Source: a virus
Strand: one strand, 5' to 3'
IMG/VR virus record: IMGVR_UViG_3300016457_001358
Coordinates: 1-63,208 of that record
Length of the DNA stretch: 63,208 bases
The translations under genes were made by a program, and so were the position numbers. The notes under the pieces were generated by a model. That model did no database searches. It was not told where the DNA came from and saw nothing but the letters and a program-made list of their open reading frames with translations. Positions 9,726 to 18,565 of the stretch are shown piece after piece; the stretch's first letter is position 1, and each line of letters begins with the position of its first letter.

Positions 9726-10001
9726 ATGAGCGAAAAGAAAACACTCAAATTCGTTCACACAGCCTTTTGCTTAGAAATTCTCACAGAGCTCTTAAAAAAT
9801 GATTCGGTGCATTTCAAGATTGTGAATCCGCTTCCCAAAGATGCGAAGTTTTTCGATTTGAAATACGATTCTTCGACAAGAACCCTTCATCTATTCTTCA
9901 CGTCAGAAAAAGGCTACGAGCGAAAGGAGGGAGAGCTTCTTTCCTCAGTTCCAGTCACGGATATTTTATTCAAAACGGTGAAAAGCCATGAATTTAGATA
10001 A
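9726..10001 (+). CDS. hypothetical protein
   Basis: ATG at 9726 in frame 9672..10001 preceded by aaggtga. Confidence 0.4.
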   Translation: MSEKKTLKFVHTAFCLEILTELLKNDSVHFKIVNPLPKDAKFFDLKYDSSTRTLHLFFTSEKGYERKEGELLSSVPVTDILFKTVKSHEFR

Positions 10002-10164
10002 ACTTGTCGAAATGTGTTTTTTCATAGGGCTTCTCAGCCTTTTGTTATTCGTTGTCGGGGCATTGCTTTCGTCCGAGACGCTGGCGCTCCTTTTCTTTTG
10101 CCTGTTCATTTTCGCGACGGCGGTCGAAGTGGTGCTGATGATTTTCATCACCGCTACGAATTGA
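9988..10164 (+). CDS. small membrane protein (paralogue at 56291)
   Basis: 58 aa, two TM-like segments; ~200 nt similar to 56288..56490. Confidence 0.4.
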   Translation: MNLDKLVEMCFFIGLLSLLLFVVGALLSSETLALLFFCLFIFATAVEVVLMIFITATN

Positions 10165-10184
10165 GATGCTGAAGGCGAGAGAAA

Positions 10185-10382
10185 ATGAGTGAAAAACCGA
10201 AAGGCATAGCTTGCTTGTTTTGCGGAAAAGAGGTTTGGACGACCGACCCAAGCAAAAGCCCGGACGAATTGGCGAAGCAATACAAGTGGTGGAAAGTCAA
10301 GATTTCCAACGAAACCGACTCGTTTTCCGGCTATTGTTGCCGGGATTGTTTCAAAAAATTCGATACTGACTTACTGACTTAA
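10185..10382 (+). CDS. zinc-binding protein
   Basis: CLFCG...CCRDC. Confidence 0.4.
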   Translation: MSEKPKGIACLFCGKEVWTTDPSKSPDELAKQYKWWKVKISNETDSFSGYCCRDCFKKFDTDLLT

Positions 10383-10395
10383 CGAGGCGAAAAAT

Positions 10396-10542
10396 ATGGT
10401 ATACCATTTTCCAAAATGTATTTGTGGTGGAACGCTGTATCCTACTAAGGAAGAATACAGAGATAGTAGCGGGACTGGTCGCTATTACAAATGCGATAAA
10501 TGCGGAGCAAAGGTGGGTATAATTGAGAGCGTTTACGCGTAA
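10396..10542 (+). CDS. zinc-ribbon protein
   Basis: CICGG...CDKCG. Confidence 0.35.
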   Translation: MVYHFPKCICGGTLYPTKEEYRDSSGTGRYYKCDKCGAKVGIIESVYA

Positions 10543-10888
10543 ATCAGTTGGCAGCAAGAAGCAAGCAGCAATCTCCATAATCATAGGCGCTATCATAGGC
10601 GTTGCAATTGATTATGCTGTTTTTTCATCACTCATATACACCGACGGCGATTCGATGGAGCCCGCTCTCTCGCCGGGGTGGCATATATGCATCAAACAGC
10701 CCGAATACCGTATCGGCGACATAGTCCGATACAAAAACACCAACCCAGAAATCAATTGCTCGCACATTTGCCACAGGATCGTCGATGAAAACGAATATTA
10801 TTATAAGATATGCGGCGACAATCCGAAATACCCCGACAACTGCGAGAAGGTCGAAAAAAACAGGGTCGTGTGCAAGATTATTTTCTGA
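10523..10888 (+). CDS. signal peptidase I-like serine peptidase (S26 family)
   Basis: TM anchor then box B GDSMEPAL, box D RIGDIVRY, box E GDNPKYPDN. Confidence 0.6.
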   Translation: MRAFTRKSVGSKKQAAISIIIGAIIGVAIDYAVFSSLIYTDGDSMEPALSPGWHICIKQPEYRIGDIVRYKNTNPEINCSHICHRIVDENEYYYKICGDNPKYPDNCEKVEKNRVVCKIIF

Positions 10889-11338
10889 TCACATTATGAC
10901 AAGCCATCCTTTGTATTTTTTATTATTCGGTTCGTATACGGCATCGCTTTGGGGTTCGACCAAATAGAATTTGCGTTCATTTGAGATAAAGCAATTCAGC
11001 GCATGAGAATAGTTCTTTCCCGTAATCCAAATGATTCCGAACGCAAGATCGGCGTTCCAGTCCTGTATGTACCCCATCAGCCTGTATGAAAAATTATCGC
11101 AATCGAATCTCTCCGCCTTGTACTTCATTTCGTCGGTTTTGTCCTGCGCCAAAAACTCTTTCAATTTGCCGACCGATATCAGTTTGTATTTTTGGTCGCT
11201 CAAATAGATTTTTGCTCTAGGGAAAACTCTGGACACTATATCATACACTTCATTGTGGCTTATCTCCGAATACTCTTTCGTTTGCCTTCGTTTTCCGAAG
11301 AGCAATTCGACTACGAATTCCAGTATTTTTTTGAGCAT
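10889..11338 (-). CDS. hypothetical protein (last gene of structural operon)
   Basis: 149 aa ORF. Confidence 0.4.
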   Translation of the reverse strand: MLKKILEFVVELLFGKRRQTKEYSEISHNEVYDIVSRVFPRAKIYLSDQKYKLISVGKLKEFLAQDKTDEMKYKAERFDCDNFSYRLMGYIQDWNADLAFGIIWITGKNYSHALNCFISNERKFYLVEPQSDAVYEPNNKKYKGWLVIM

Positions 11339-11350
11339 CGTCGTTTCACT

Positions 11351-11602
11351 TCAAAATTCTTTGCCCACTAACTTGTCTATTTCATTTATTTCTTTGCCTT
11401 CATTTTTTAGATTTTCTTCTCGCTCTTTTAATCTGTTTTTTATATTTGTTATAAACCTGGGTTCTCCATTTACTTTTTTCTCCCAACCTTGCCCTCTGGG
11501 AAATGTGAACCCTTCTCTTTTTAAGTTTGGATACTCCACCATCACGGTGAATGTATTATCTCCTTTCAAGATTTCTACTATTTTAAATTTCATTCCAATC
11601 AC
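11351..11602 (-). CDS. hypothetical protein
   Basis: 83 aa ORF. Confidence 0.35.
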   Translation of the reverse strand: MIGMKFKIVEILKGDNTFTVMVEYPNLKREGFTFPRGQGWEKKVNGEPRFITNIKNRLKEREENLKNEGKEINEIDKLVGKEF

Positions 11603-11607
11603 CTCAT

Positions 11608-13449
11608 TTAATGCGTATGACCAGCATCTACCGGGCTATGCTGATGACTTGCGGCATTGCCTTCGAGGGCTGGCGATACTTCCGACTCTGATGGGCTATG
11701 CTGATGACTTGCGGCATTGCCTTCGAGATTTGGCGCATTCGGAGTAGCAGACACATTAGCACTAGCATCTTCAGCTGTATTTGTATCAATATCGTGTGTA
11801 TGTCCCGTACTCCACCATGTTTTCAGATGATAGTTAAAGTCAGCGGTTCCTGTTCCGGTATATCTACATCTTAAATACAAAGTTTCTCCTTCGCTAGGTT
11901 TCATTGAAGATATTTCTTTCCAAATTGCTGTTGTACCCATATTGTCAAGGAATATCTTTCTAGTACCCAGTCCATAAGAGTAACTTTCAAGCTTGTATTC
12001 AAAATATTCAGGAGATGGGCATGAAGTAATAACAATCTCTACTTCGTGTACCAGTATTGTACTTCTTCTTTTTTGGTTTTCAGAATAACCGGATGTATCA
12101 ACAGTATAGCTCGCGATATCTGTCCAGTCACTTCCTAAACCTGAATATGATCCATCTGATGTGTGGTTAGTGTCAGTCATCCATGAATCTCCTTTTATAT
12201 TTGTCGTCGTTGCTGATACTGTATGGCTATGGGTAGATGTATAGGATGAATGATCGTGACTTGCGGCATTGCCTTCGAGGGCTGGTGATACTTCCGACTC
12301 TGATGGGCTATGCTGATGACTTGCGGCATTGCCTTCGAGGGCTGGCGCTATATCTGATTCCGATACATCGGCAGTCCCGGTGTCGGTTCCGTGTTTGTAG
12401 CTTCCCAAATCCTGTAACTGCTCCTCGTTTCTCGCCAACTTGTCCAAGAATGTCGTTACTCTGTTCGATAGCTCCAGCTCCAGCCTGTTGGGTTTGGTCG
12501 CGTTCAAAATCACCCTCTTTTTGACTATTTTATATTCACCCGACATGCCGCTTCTCGTATCGTTGACCGTCACATCGTCGCCGACCGAAAATGTATAATC
12601 CGTTTCGACCGGCAATATGGAGATTCTGTAAAAAGGCTTTGGCGTGCCGTCCGGATATGTTCCCTCGTATCCGCTGTAAGTATCCAAAATCTGGTCGGCG
12701 AGCCTTTGGGCCGATGTCACATCGGCGATCGTCCTGTCTATGAATATCGCTTCCTTGGTGATCCCGTAATAACTTTGCGAATCGGTATTCTCTCTCCAGC
12801 CGGAATCGATTTGCTGCGTTCCGTCGCCCATGCCCAGCACCTTCACCTTGTTTATCAATGCTTCTCTATCCACCATTTTTTTGATATCCCAGCAGTTTGC
12901 AAGGCTGCCTCCCGTGTTGAATGTGGCTTGAGACGTGTCGTTTCCCACTCTTTCGGCTATATTGAACTGGTCGTTGTCGCTGGCGTCTTGATTCACTTTC
13001 CATTCGTAACCTATTTGCCTCGCCAGCTTAGCCAGTCCCAGCAACCTGGATTCATGGACGCTGAAATCGACATTCCCGTAGTTCGTGTTCGTTCCGACAT
13101 TGATTACTCCGCTGCACAGATCGGATACTATGGTGCTCGTTGCCGTGGCGGACCACGATCCATCGTAGGTTTTTTCGAGCAATTTGACGCTCATATCGTA
13201 GCCGTAGCATTTGACGATGCCGGTATCGCTGTACTGGGGCTTCTCCAGCCTGCCTTTGAACACGGTCGTCGAATTGAGCTGAAATTTAACTATATTGCCC
13301 GCTTGAACATTTGGATCGTCGTGATCTATGTCAAACAGTTCCAGCTCAAATGTGAAAGGTTCGTTGAGCTTCTCCGTGAACTCGGCTTTCAAGTAGTTAT
13401 CCGAATAGTCAACGCCGTTTATCAACAATGTCCATGTCAATTTGATCAC
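11608..13449 (-). CDS. tail/baseplate-associated protein with internal peptide repeats
   Basis: 613 aa downstream of tape-measure-like gene; four copies of PALEGNAASHQHSP from 60-nt tandem repeats. Confidence 0.5.
   Translation of the reverse strand: MIKLTWTLLINGVDYSDNYLKAEFTEKLNEPFTFELELFDIDHDDPNVQAGNIVKFQLNSTTVFKGRLEKPQYSDTGIVKCYGYDMSVKLLEKTYDGSWSATATSTIVSDLCSGVINVGTNTNYGNVDFSVHESRLLGLAKLARQIGYEWKVNQDASDNDQFNIAERVGNDTSQATFNTGGSLANCWDIKKMVDREALINKVKVLGMGDGTQQIDSGWRENTDSQSYYGITKEAIFIDRTIADVTSAQRLADQILDTYSGYEGTYPDGTPKPFYRISILPVETDYTFSVGDDVTVNDTRSGMSGEYKIVKKRVILNATKPNRLELELSNRVTTFLDKLARNEEQLQDLGSYKHGTDTGTADVSESDIAPALEGNAASHQHSPSESEVSPALEGNAASHDHSSYTSTHSHTVSATTTNIKGDSWMTDTNHTSDGSYSGLGSDWTDIASYTVDTSGYSENQKRRSTILVHEVEIVITSCPSPEYFEYKLESYSYGLGTRKIFLDNMGTTAIWKEISSMKPSEGETLYLRCRYTGTGTADFNYHLKTWWSTGHTHDIDTNTAEDASANVSATPNAPNLEGNAASHQHSPSESEVSPALEGNAASHQHSPVDAGHTH
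11633..11727. repeat. 60-nt tandem coding repeat, two units
   Basis: gggctatgctgatgacttgcggcattgccttcgag repeated. Confidence 0.8.
12250..12350. repeat. second pair of the same ~60-nt coding repeat
   Basis: gacttgcggcattgccttcgagggctgg occurs twice. Confidence 0.8.
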
Positions 13450-14093
13450 CTGTGCGATGCCTCGATTAGACTAAGCATAACCCCGATCGTTTTCGGTCTC
13501 GTCGCTTCGTATGTCATGTTGAATTTGTTCATTTGAACGGTGTGCGTTGATTCCAAAGCGCTCCCCAATCCTTTATTAAATTTGAAAGTGATGTCTCCCC
13601 CCTTTTCCATAAATCTGCCCAGAATGTTTGCCTGATTGACCGCAGATTTATCATAGTTGTATGATATGGTGCAGTCCTTTTCGGCATACGCCGAATCGAG
13701 TATCTTCAGCCTCCCATTTGCGTAATCAATGCTGTAGTCGGTGTCTTTGACCAATGTAGTGTCCCCGTATTTGATCGTCACATTGCTCAAACCGGTGGCC
13801 GGCAATGGCGCCCATTCATTTAATCTTCCCGTTTTGAACGATTCGTCGCTGACCACTCCGTCGCTGGTCAGTTGCTTCACGATCGCCGCTATTTCCCATG
13901 TTACCGTGATTTTTAGCATATCGAGAGCGGACACTTTGTTTCCCCTGTTCCAATGGTTTTTTGATCTGGGCTCGTGAATGAATGTGATTTTTTTGTCATA
14001 CGTCTTTTTCACTCGCTGGACTTTCAAATATATCTCGTTTCCGCCTGCTACTCCCGTTTTCGACAAAGTCGCTATTTGCGCCATAAAAATCAC
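13446..14093 (-). CDS. putative distal tail protein
   Basis: 215 aa immediately after tape-measure-like gene; position only. Confidence 0.35.
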   Translation of the reverse strand: MIFMAQIATLSKTGVAGGNEIYLKVQRVKKTYDKKITFIHEPRSKNHWNRGNKVSALDMLKITVTWEIAAIVKQLTSDGVVSDESFKTGRLNEWAPLPATGLSNVTIKYGDTTLVKDTDYSIDYANGRLKILDSAYAEKDCTISYNYDKSAVNQANILGRFMEKGGDITFKFNKGLGSALESTHTVQMNKFNMTYEATRPKTIGVMLSLIEASHR

Positions 14094-15247
14094 ATAGATA
14101 GTTTCCCCACTAAAGCGGATTTGAAATACTCGCCTGCCGAATTGATGAAACTCTTGGGGTCTTCGACCCCGGTCATCTCCACATTCATATCGGCATCAAT
14201 ATTATATGTATTGAACTGGGTGCCGGTCGTCAAAGCGCCGGCCGCAGGAGGCGGTGCGGTTATACTTTCCTCGGTTGAACCAAATACTTTAAGCGCTGAG
14301 AGCGGACCCGGAAATAAGCGCAAGCGCCCAAACACGCGCCCCATTAACTCAAGCAAGGGCTTTAATAAATTGAACAATCGTATGATTCTGTCGGCGATGA
14401 AATCAATTATTGGATCGACAATGCTCCATAACCATCTGAATACTTTTGCCAAATCTTTTATTATCGGAATCAACGCATCGGCGATGGCATCAACGACATC
14501 CCATATCGAAATGCCCATCTTATCCATGACCCTTTTGATAACCAAACCGACAAATATTAATATGCCTATCACGGCATACAGATCCCATCCGGCCAGTCCC
14601 ATGAATTTCAATCCGGTTCCTCCCAGTATCGAGGCTGCCCTCACGGATGCTATCACCATTTGCACGCCCTTCAATCCGAGCGCCAACTGGGAAAACATAT
14701 ATACCAAAAATCCTACTGCCGCTGCCACCATCACCGCAGTTCCGATGTGTTTCTTTTGCTCGTCGGACAAATTGGCAACCCAATCACTGAGTTTTAGCAC
14801 CCAATCCAGCACCCTTTCTGCCACCGGCATGAACAAAGATGCCAGAGTATCCGAAATCAGTTCGGTAATGCCATAAAGTTTAAACGCGGGCGTTAGCAAA
14901 TTCGTCATTGCCCTTTGCAATGCCATGCCAGCGAACATTGTCGAAAGCCACTCCATGTGAAACCTTTGCTGGGCAAATGTCAATTTATTAACAGCCCTGT
15001 TATAGCTAACCGACTTCCCGGTCGTTGTATCGATGATTCTGCCCTGTCTATCTATTGCCATATTTACTCCAGACAACGCGCCTCTCAACCTATCCATACC
15101 TATGTGCGAATCCGCCGCCAGCCGCATAAGCGTTTCTCTGGCCGCGGTCGATACCCTTTTTACCCGGCGCCCGGCCGCGTGCAAAGGCGCCTTTGTCTGA
15201 TCTATTGCTCTCAATATTATTGTTATCGTTTCGGTTGGTCCCGGCAT
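14090..15247 (-). CDS. putative tape measure protein
   Basis: 385 aa, helical with hydrophobic stretches, between chaperone-sized ORFs and distal tail genes. Confidence 0.45.
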   Translation of the reverse strand: MPGPTETITIILRAIDQTKAPLHAAGRRVKRVSTAARETLMRLAADSHIGMDRLRGALSGVNMAIDRQGRIIDTTTGKSVSYNRAVNKLTFAQQRFHMEWLSTMFAGMALQRAMTNLLTPAFKLYGITELISDTLASLFMPVAERVLDWVLKLSDWVANLSDEQKKHIGTAVMVAAAVGFLVYMFSQLALGLKGVQMVIASVRAASILGGTGLKFMGLAGWDLYAVIGILIFVGLVIKRVMDKMGISIWDVVDAIADALIPIIKDLAKVFRWLWSIVDPIIDFIADRIIRLFNLLKPLLELMGRVFGRLRLFPGPLSALKVFGSTEESITAPPPAAGALTTGTQFNTYNIDADMNVEMTGVEDPKSFINSAGEYFKSALVGKLSM

Positions 15248-15253
15248 AATATT

Positions 15254-15499
15254 TCACCCCAAAGTTGCCTCGCTGAATTCGTCGGCGTATGCGGATTCCC
15301 GCTTCTCGTATTTTTCTTTCAAATACTGCACGATATAATTGTAAACAACCGCGTCGAGCTCCAGCACCTCTTCGATTTTCATATTCATTTCCTGGGCTAC
15401 GAATATGGTTTCGAATACTATGTTCTTTTCCATTTCCGCCCTTTCGGCCATCATCTTCATTTTGAGCCTGAACAGCTCCATCTGCTCTCGCGGACTCAT
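15254..15499 (-). CDS. putative tail assembly chaperone
   Basis: 81 aa acidic ORF upstream of tape-measure-like gene. Confidence 0.35.
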   Translation of the reverse strand: MSPREQMELFRLKMKMMAERAEMEKNIVFETIFVAQEMNMKIEEVLELDAVVYNYIVQYLKEKYEKRESAYADEFSEATLG

Positions 15500-15500
15500 G

Positions 15501-15827
15501 CTACTTTTTTTTTTGCTCTATTTGGTTCAAGTTTATTTCTTCGAATCCGAACAGCGGCGCAATTTTGGCGACCAAACTTCCAAAATGCTCGGTCACATAA
15601 GCTTCGATATCCTCTACGGCAGCGCCCGGATTGGCTCTTTGGATCATGTTTATGAAGATATCGAACACTTTTTTAGCGTCTTGCTCGGAGAAAGTGTCTC
15701 TGCTCAAAGTGCAGAATATCTCCACATCCTTTCGCTTCGGTTTGATTTTCAGGCTCTCCCCGTCTATCTCTATCTCTTTGATTTTTTTGCTCAATCCTTC
15801 GAATCTCACTTCATTCATTTGTATCAC
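15501..15827 (-). CDS. putative tail assembly chaperone
   Basis: 108 aa ORF; position. Confidence 0.35.
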   Translation of the reverse strand: MIQMNEVRFEGLSKKIKEIEIDGESLKIKPKRKDVEIFCTLSRDTFSEQDAKKVFDIFINMIQRANPGAAVEDIEAYVTEHFGSLVAKIAPLFGFEEINLNQIEQKKK

Positions 15828-15838
15828 CTCGCAATCTT

Positions 15839-16141
15839 TTATTTCGCTTCGCCTCCCAGCGTTCGAACGCTGTCTTTGGGCTTTCCTTCCAAACTTTCGA
15901 TTCGTTTGCCCAAATATTCTATTTCCCTGAACAAAAAGTTAAGAATCTGGAGGCTTTGCGAACTTAAATGATCATGCCACATCTTCATCCATCTACAGTC
16001 CCCAAACTGTTCTTTGCAGCTTTTGTCCCACTCCAACCATAAAGAAAACGGAAAATCTGCTACGGTAACACCAACGGTAATTTTTTTCCGGTCTTCCTTT
16101 CGGTTCGTTTCATTGTCTTTTTTTACATCCATTTCGATCAA
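15839..16141 (-). CDS. hypothetical protein
   Basis: 100 aa ORF. Confidence 0.35.
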   Translation of the reverse strand: MIEMDVKKDNETNRKEDRKKITVGVTVADFPFSLWLEWDKSCKEQFGDCRWMKMWHDHLSSQSLQILNFLFREIEYLGKRIESLEGKPKDSVRTLGGEAK

Positions 16142-16183
16142 CCTAAATACCGCTAATTCGAGCGTTTCAATTCAACCGCAAAC

Positions 16184-16750
16184 TTAGCTCAGCTTCTTCA
16201 GTTCTATGTAAAAGTCTTTCGGCAGGCATACGATCGTGAAATCTTGCTCCCAATGTCCGTCCGGACCCGATATCCTTCTGTCGCCCAGCTTGGTAACCTT
16301 TGCGTTATCCAATACTATGTTGACTTCGTTTGTTCCGTCGCTTAAGTTAACCAAAATAGCGCAATCGACCCGGGTTTTTCCCGACTCGCTGCTTCCGGCC
16401 TGAAATCGCGTGTGGGTGGTGCTGATCGCGGTTCCGGCTCCGAATGCGAAATGCTCCAAGATATCTCCCGACGACGGTTCTCCTCCGATCTGAACCAAGG
16501 TCCCTGATATGCTTGCCAATCCGTAAGGTTTTTCATCGAGCTCTGCGTTCTGGAAGTTCGAAGTTTCGCCCAGCAAATCTATCTTTTCCACCGCTCCTTC
16601 CGGCTCCACGATAGTTACATTTTTCGCATACGCCGTTATCGCTGTTCCGTTATTGAAGAAGGTATCGAGTGCGGCAGTATTATCAATCGAAACATCGGCC
16701 GCCGCGTCAATTTTTATCACGGTTTCTCGAGCTTTCCATACCTTTGTCAT
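16184..16750 (-). CDS. putative major tail protein
   Basis: 188 aa beta-rich ORF upstream of chaperone/tape-measure genes; position only. Confidence 0.35.
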   Translation of the reverse strand: MTKVWKARETVIKIDAAADVSIDNTAALDTFFNNGTAITAYAKNVTIVEPEGAVEKIDLLGETSNFQNAELDEKPYGLASISGTLVQIGGEPSSGDILEHFAFGAGTAISTTHTRFQAGSSESGKTRVDCAILVNLSDGTNEVNIVLDNAKVTKLGDRRISGPDGHWEQDFTIVCLPKDFYIELKKLS

Positions 16751-16756
16751 TTATTT

Positions 16757-16927
16757 TCACCTCTTGGATTTTTTCTTTTTCGAATCCTTTTCGTCTTTTA
16801 TTTCAGCTCCAAAGTCAAACACGCTGAACTTGCTAAAGTCATCCAATTCGACAACTTCGCCGGGCTTAATCTGCCTCTTCAATTCATCAACATAAATTTT
16901 CCTGTTTCCTATGTATCTTCGCTTCAT
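16757..16927 (-). CDS. hypothetical small protein
   Basis: 56 aa hand-delimited ORF filling the gap between 16750 and 16930. Confidence 0.3.
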   Translation of the reverse strand: MKRRYIGNRKIYVDELKRQIKPGEVVELDDFSKFSVFDFGAEIKDEKDSKKKKSKR

Positions 16928-16929
16928 AT

Positions 16930-17424
16930 TTATCTACCAAACGATTCTCTCGTCGTTCTAATAACATCGCAGTTTTGAAGCTCTGACCTGATTTTTTTTC
17001 TTGCGTTATTCAACGGTCTCCTCATCCAAGGGTGAGGTTTGACCTCGATTAGCGGGGGAATTTTGCGCGTATCATCCCATTTGGCAATTATCCACTCCAT
17101 CAGTTCGGGATGGAGATACGGGCTTACCACATGCTTTGCCATGTGTTCCAAGTAATGACCATAAATTTTCATCGGTATCTGATAAACGGGGCGCCTGCCC
17201 TTCTTTATACATTGCGCCTTGATGCTCTCATACAATGCGCCCAAATGCCACAGTTCTCCTCCTTTGCTGGCTCTCAATGCTATTTCTTCTTTTAACGCGT
17301 TTTCGTACAATTTGGCGACATTTTTCAGCGTAATGTCAAGCGATCTCGGAAGTTTGCTCATGTATCTGCCCAATTTATCTCGCAGTTCTATATCTCCTTT
17401 AATATCAGCTCGCATTGTTATCAT
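16930..17424 (-). CDS. hypothetical virion-module protein
   Basis: 164 aa ORF. Confidence 0.4.
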   Translation of the reverse strand: MITMRADIKGDIELRDKLGRYMSKLPRSLDITLKNVAKLYENALKEEIALRASKGGELWHLGALYESIKAQCIKKGRRPVYQIPMKIYGHYLEHMAKHVVSPYLHPELMEWIIAKWDDTRKIPPLIEVKPHPWMRRPLNNARKKIRSELQNCDVIRTTRESFGR

Positions 17425-17428
17425 ATTT

Positions 17429-17959
17429 TCATTCCTCGAAGTACGTGCTAGTGATCCTCACCGATTTGAAATGAACTTTGATTCTGCCCCGCATATACAC
17501 GGTTGCGCCGGGGGCCGTTGTATCGAATTTTATGCCCCTGAATCCGCCGTCTTTGAATGTGGTCGTTCTCCTGTCTTCTATCAGTTTTATAATATCGTTT
17601 ATCAAACTGTCCGCGTATTTGGCGCTCAGGTTCCCTGCCGTATATACGTCGCAGTTCATACTCACCTCGATGCTTTTTTTATTGAAAGTGAAATTATCGG
17701 TGTAAATATCAGGGGAGTTGCAGACTATGATCGGATAGTCGTCCCTGTCTCTCCCCAAATTTTCGGGAAATGCCGAAAATACCCAGTTATCGGTATCTCT
17801 CGCGGGCGATTGCGTGTCGGCTATATCCTGCTTGATGCTGATAATCACCAGATTGTAAAAATCTGTTATTATGCTTTGCAATGTGGCCGGGCCGAACCGG
17901 CGCGAATCGAATGTATCAAAGTCAAAGATGCAAATCGGCACTTGGCTCATCGCGAACAC
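17429..17959 (-). CDS. hypothetical virion-module protein
   Basis: 176 aa ORF. Confidence 0.4.
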   Translation of the reverse strand: MFAMSQVPICIFDFDTFDSRRFGPATLQSIITDFYNLVIISIKQDIADTQSPARDTDNWVFSAFPENLGRDRDDYPIIVCNSPDIYTDNFTFNKKSIEVSMNCDVYTAGNLSAKYADSLINDIIKLIEDRRTTTFKDGGFRGIKFDTTAPGATVYMRGRIKVHFKSVRITSTYFEE

Positions 17960-17962
17960 ACC

Positions 17963-18379
17963 TCACGGAAGTATTATCTCGCCCGCGCGGTTGAGCGTTC
18001 CTTTGCACTTTGAATAAGCATGCAAAGGAATTTGGCATTGCCAGCATCCGTCTTTTCCACACACCTCCGCATATTCGTTTTCATAGCTGGATTTCACTAT
18101 GTCATTTATGCTGACATTGTTCATGCTGGCATACGTTCGTATGTCCATCCAAGGCGCGTATGTTCTGCCGGATCTGCACTTGACCCCAATTTCGGTTCCG
18201 TTCGTGTCATAGTAGTATCCCGTTTTTCCGCTGCTCGAAAGCCTGTCGAAAAACCCAATTTCTTTCGTCAACGGGCATACGTAAGCTCTGTCAAGTTCCT
18301 GAACCTCGAGGTACTGCGTTCCGCCGAACCCTGCCAGCACCAGAGTTATTATCCCCAGCACTCCAAGTTTTTTATCCAT
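17963..18379 (-). CDS. secreted cysteine-containing protein
   Basis: N-terminal signal-like MDKKLGVLGIITLVLAGFGG; CWQC motif. Confidence 0.4.
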   Translation of the reverse strand: MDKKLGVLGIITLVLAGFGGTQYLEVQELDRAYVCPLTKEIGFFDRLSSSGKTGYYYDTNGTEIGVKCRSGRTYAPWMDIRTYASMNNVSINDIVKSSYENEYAEVCGKDGCWQCQIPLHAYSKCKGTLNRAGEIILP

Positions 18380-18389
18380 TCAATCCACC

Positions 18390-18560
18390 CTACATCTCCA
18401 ATTTTGCCCCGCAGGGGCAGTGCTTGTGGTAATACGAGTCGCCGTAACTTATCGTTCCGCTCATCTTGACTTTTGACAGGTCTCGCCCGCAAAACGGGCA
18501 CCTGTCGCCGAGCAACTCGAACCTTAAAAGGTAATAGATTTTCTTCATTTTCTCAAGCAT
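18390..18560 (-). CDS. small zinc-binding protein
   Basis: CPFCG...HKHCPCG. Confidence 0.3.
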   Translation of the reverse strand: MLEKMKKIYYLLRFELLGDRCPFCGRDLSKVKMSGTISYGDSYYHKHCPCGAKLEM

Positions 18561-18565
18561 GGCTA

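Noticed and set aside
11633-12350. Possible CRISPR array suggested by repeated ~35-nt units
   Set aside because: The repeats lie in frame inside a 613 aa ORF, are 60 nt apart in two separate pairs, and encode a repeated peptide; there is no leader and no array of unique spacers.
12706-14876. Long + strand ORFs (12706..13536, 13974..14876) inside the tail module
   Set aside because: They are antisense shadows of the - strand structural genes with overlapping, better-supported frames, and have Arg/Leu/Pro-rich composition.
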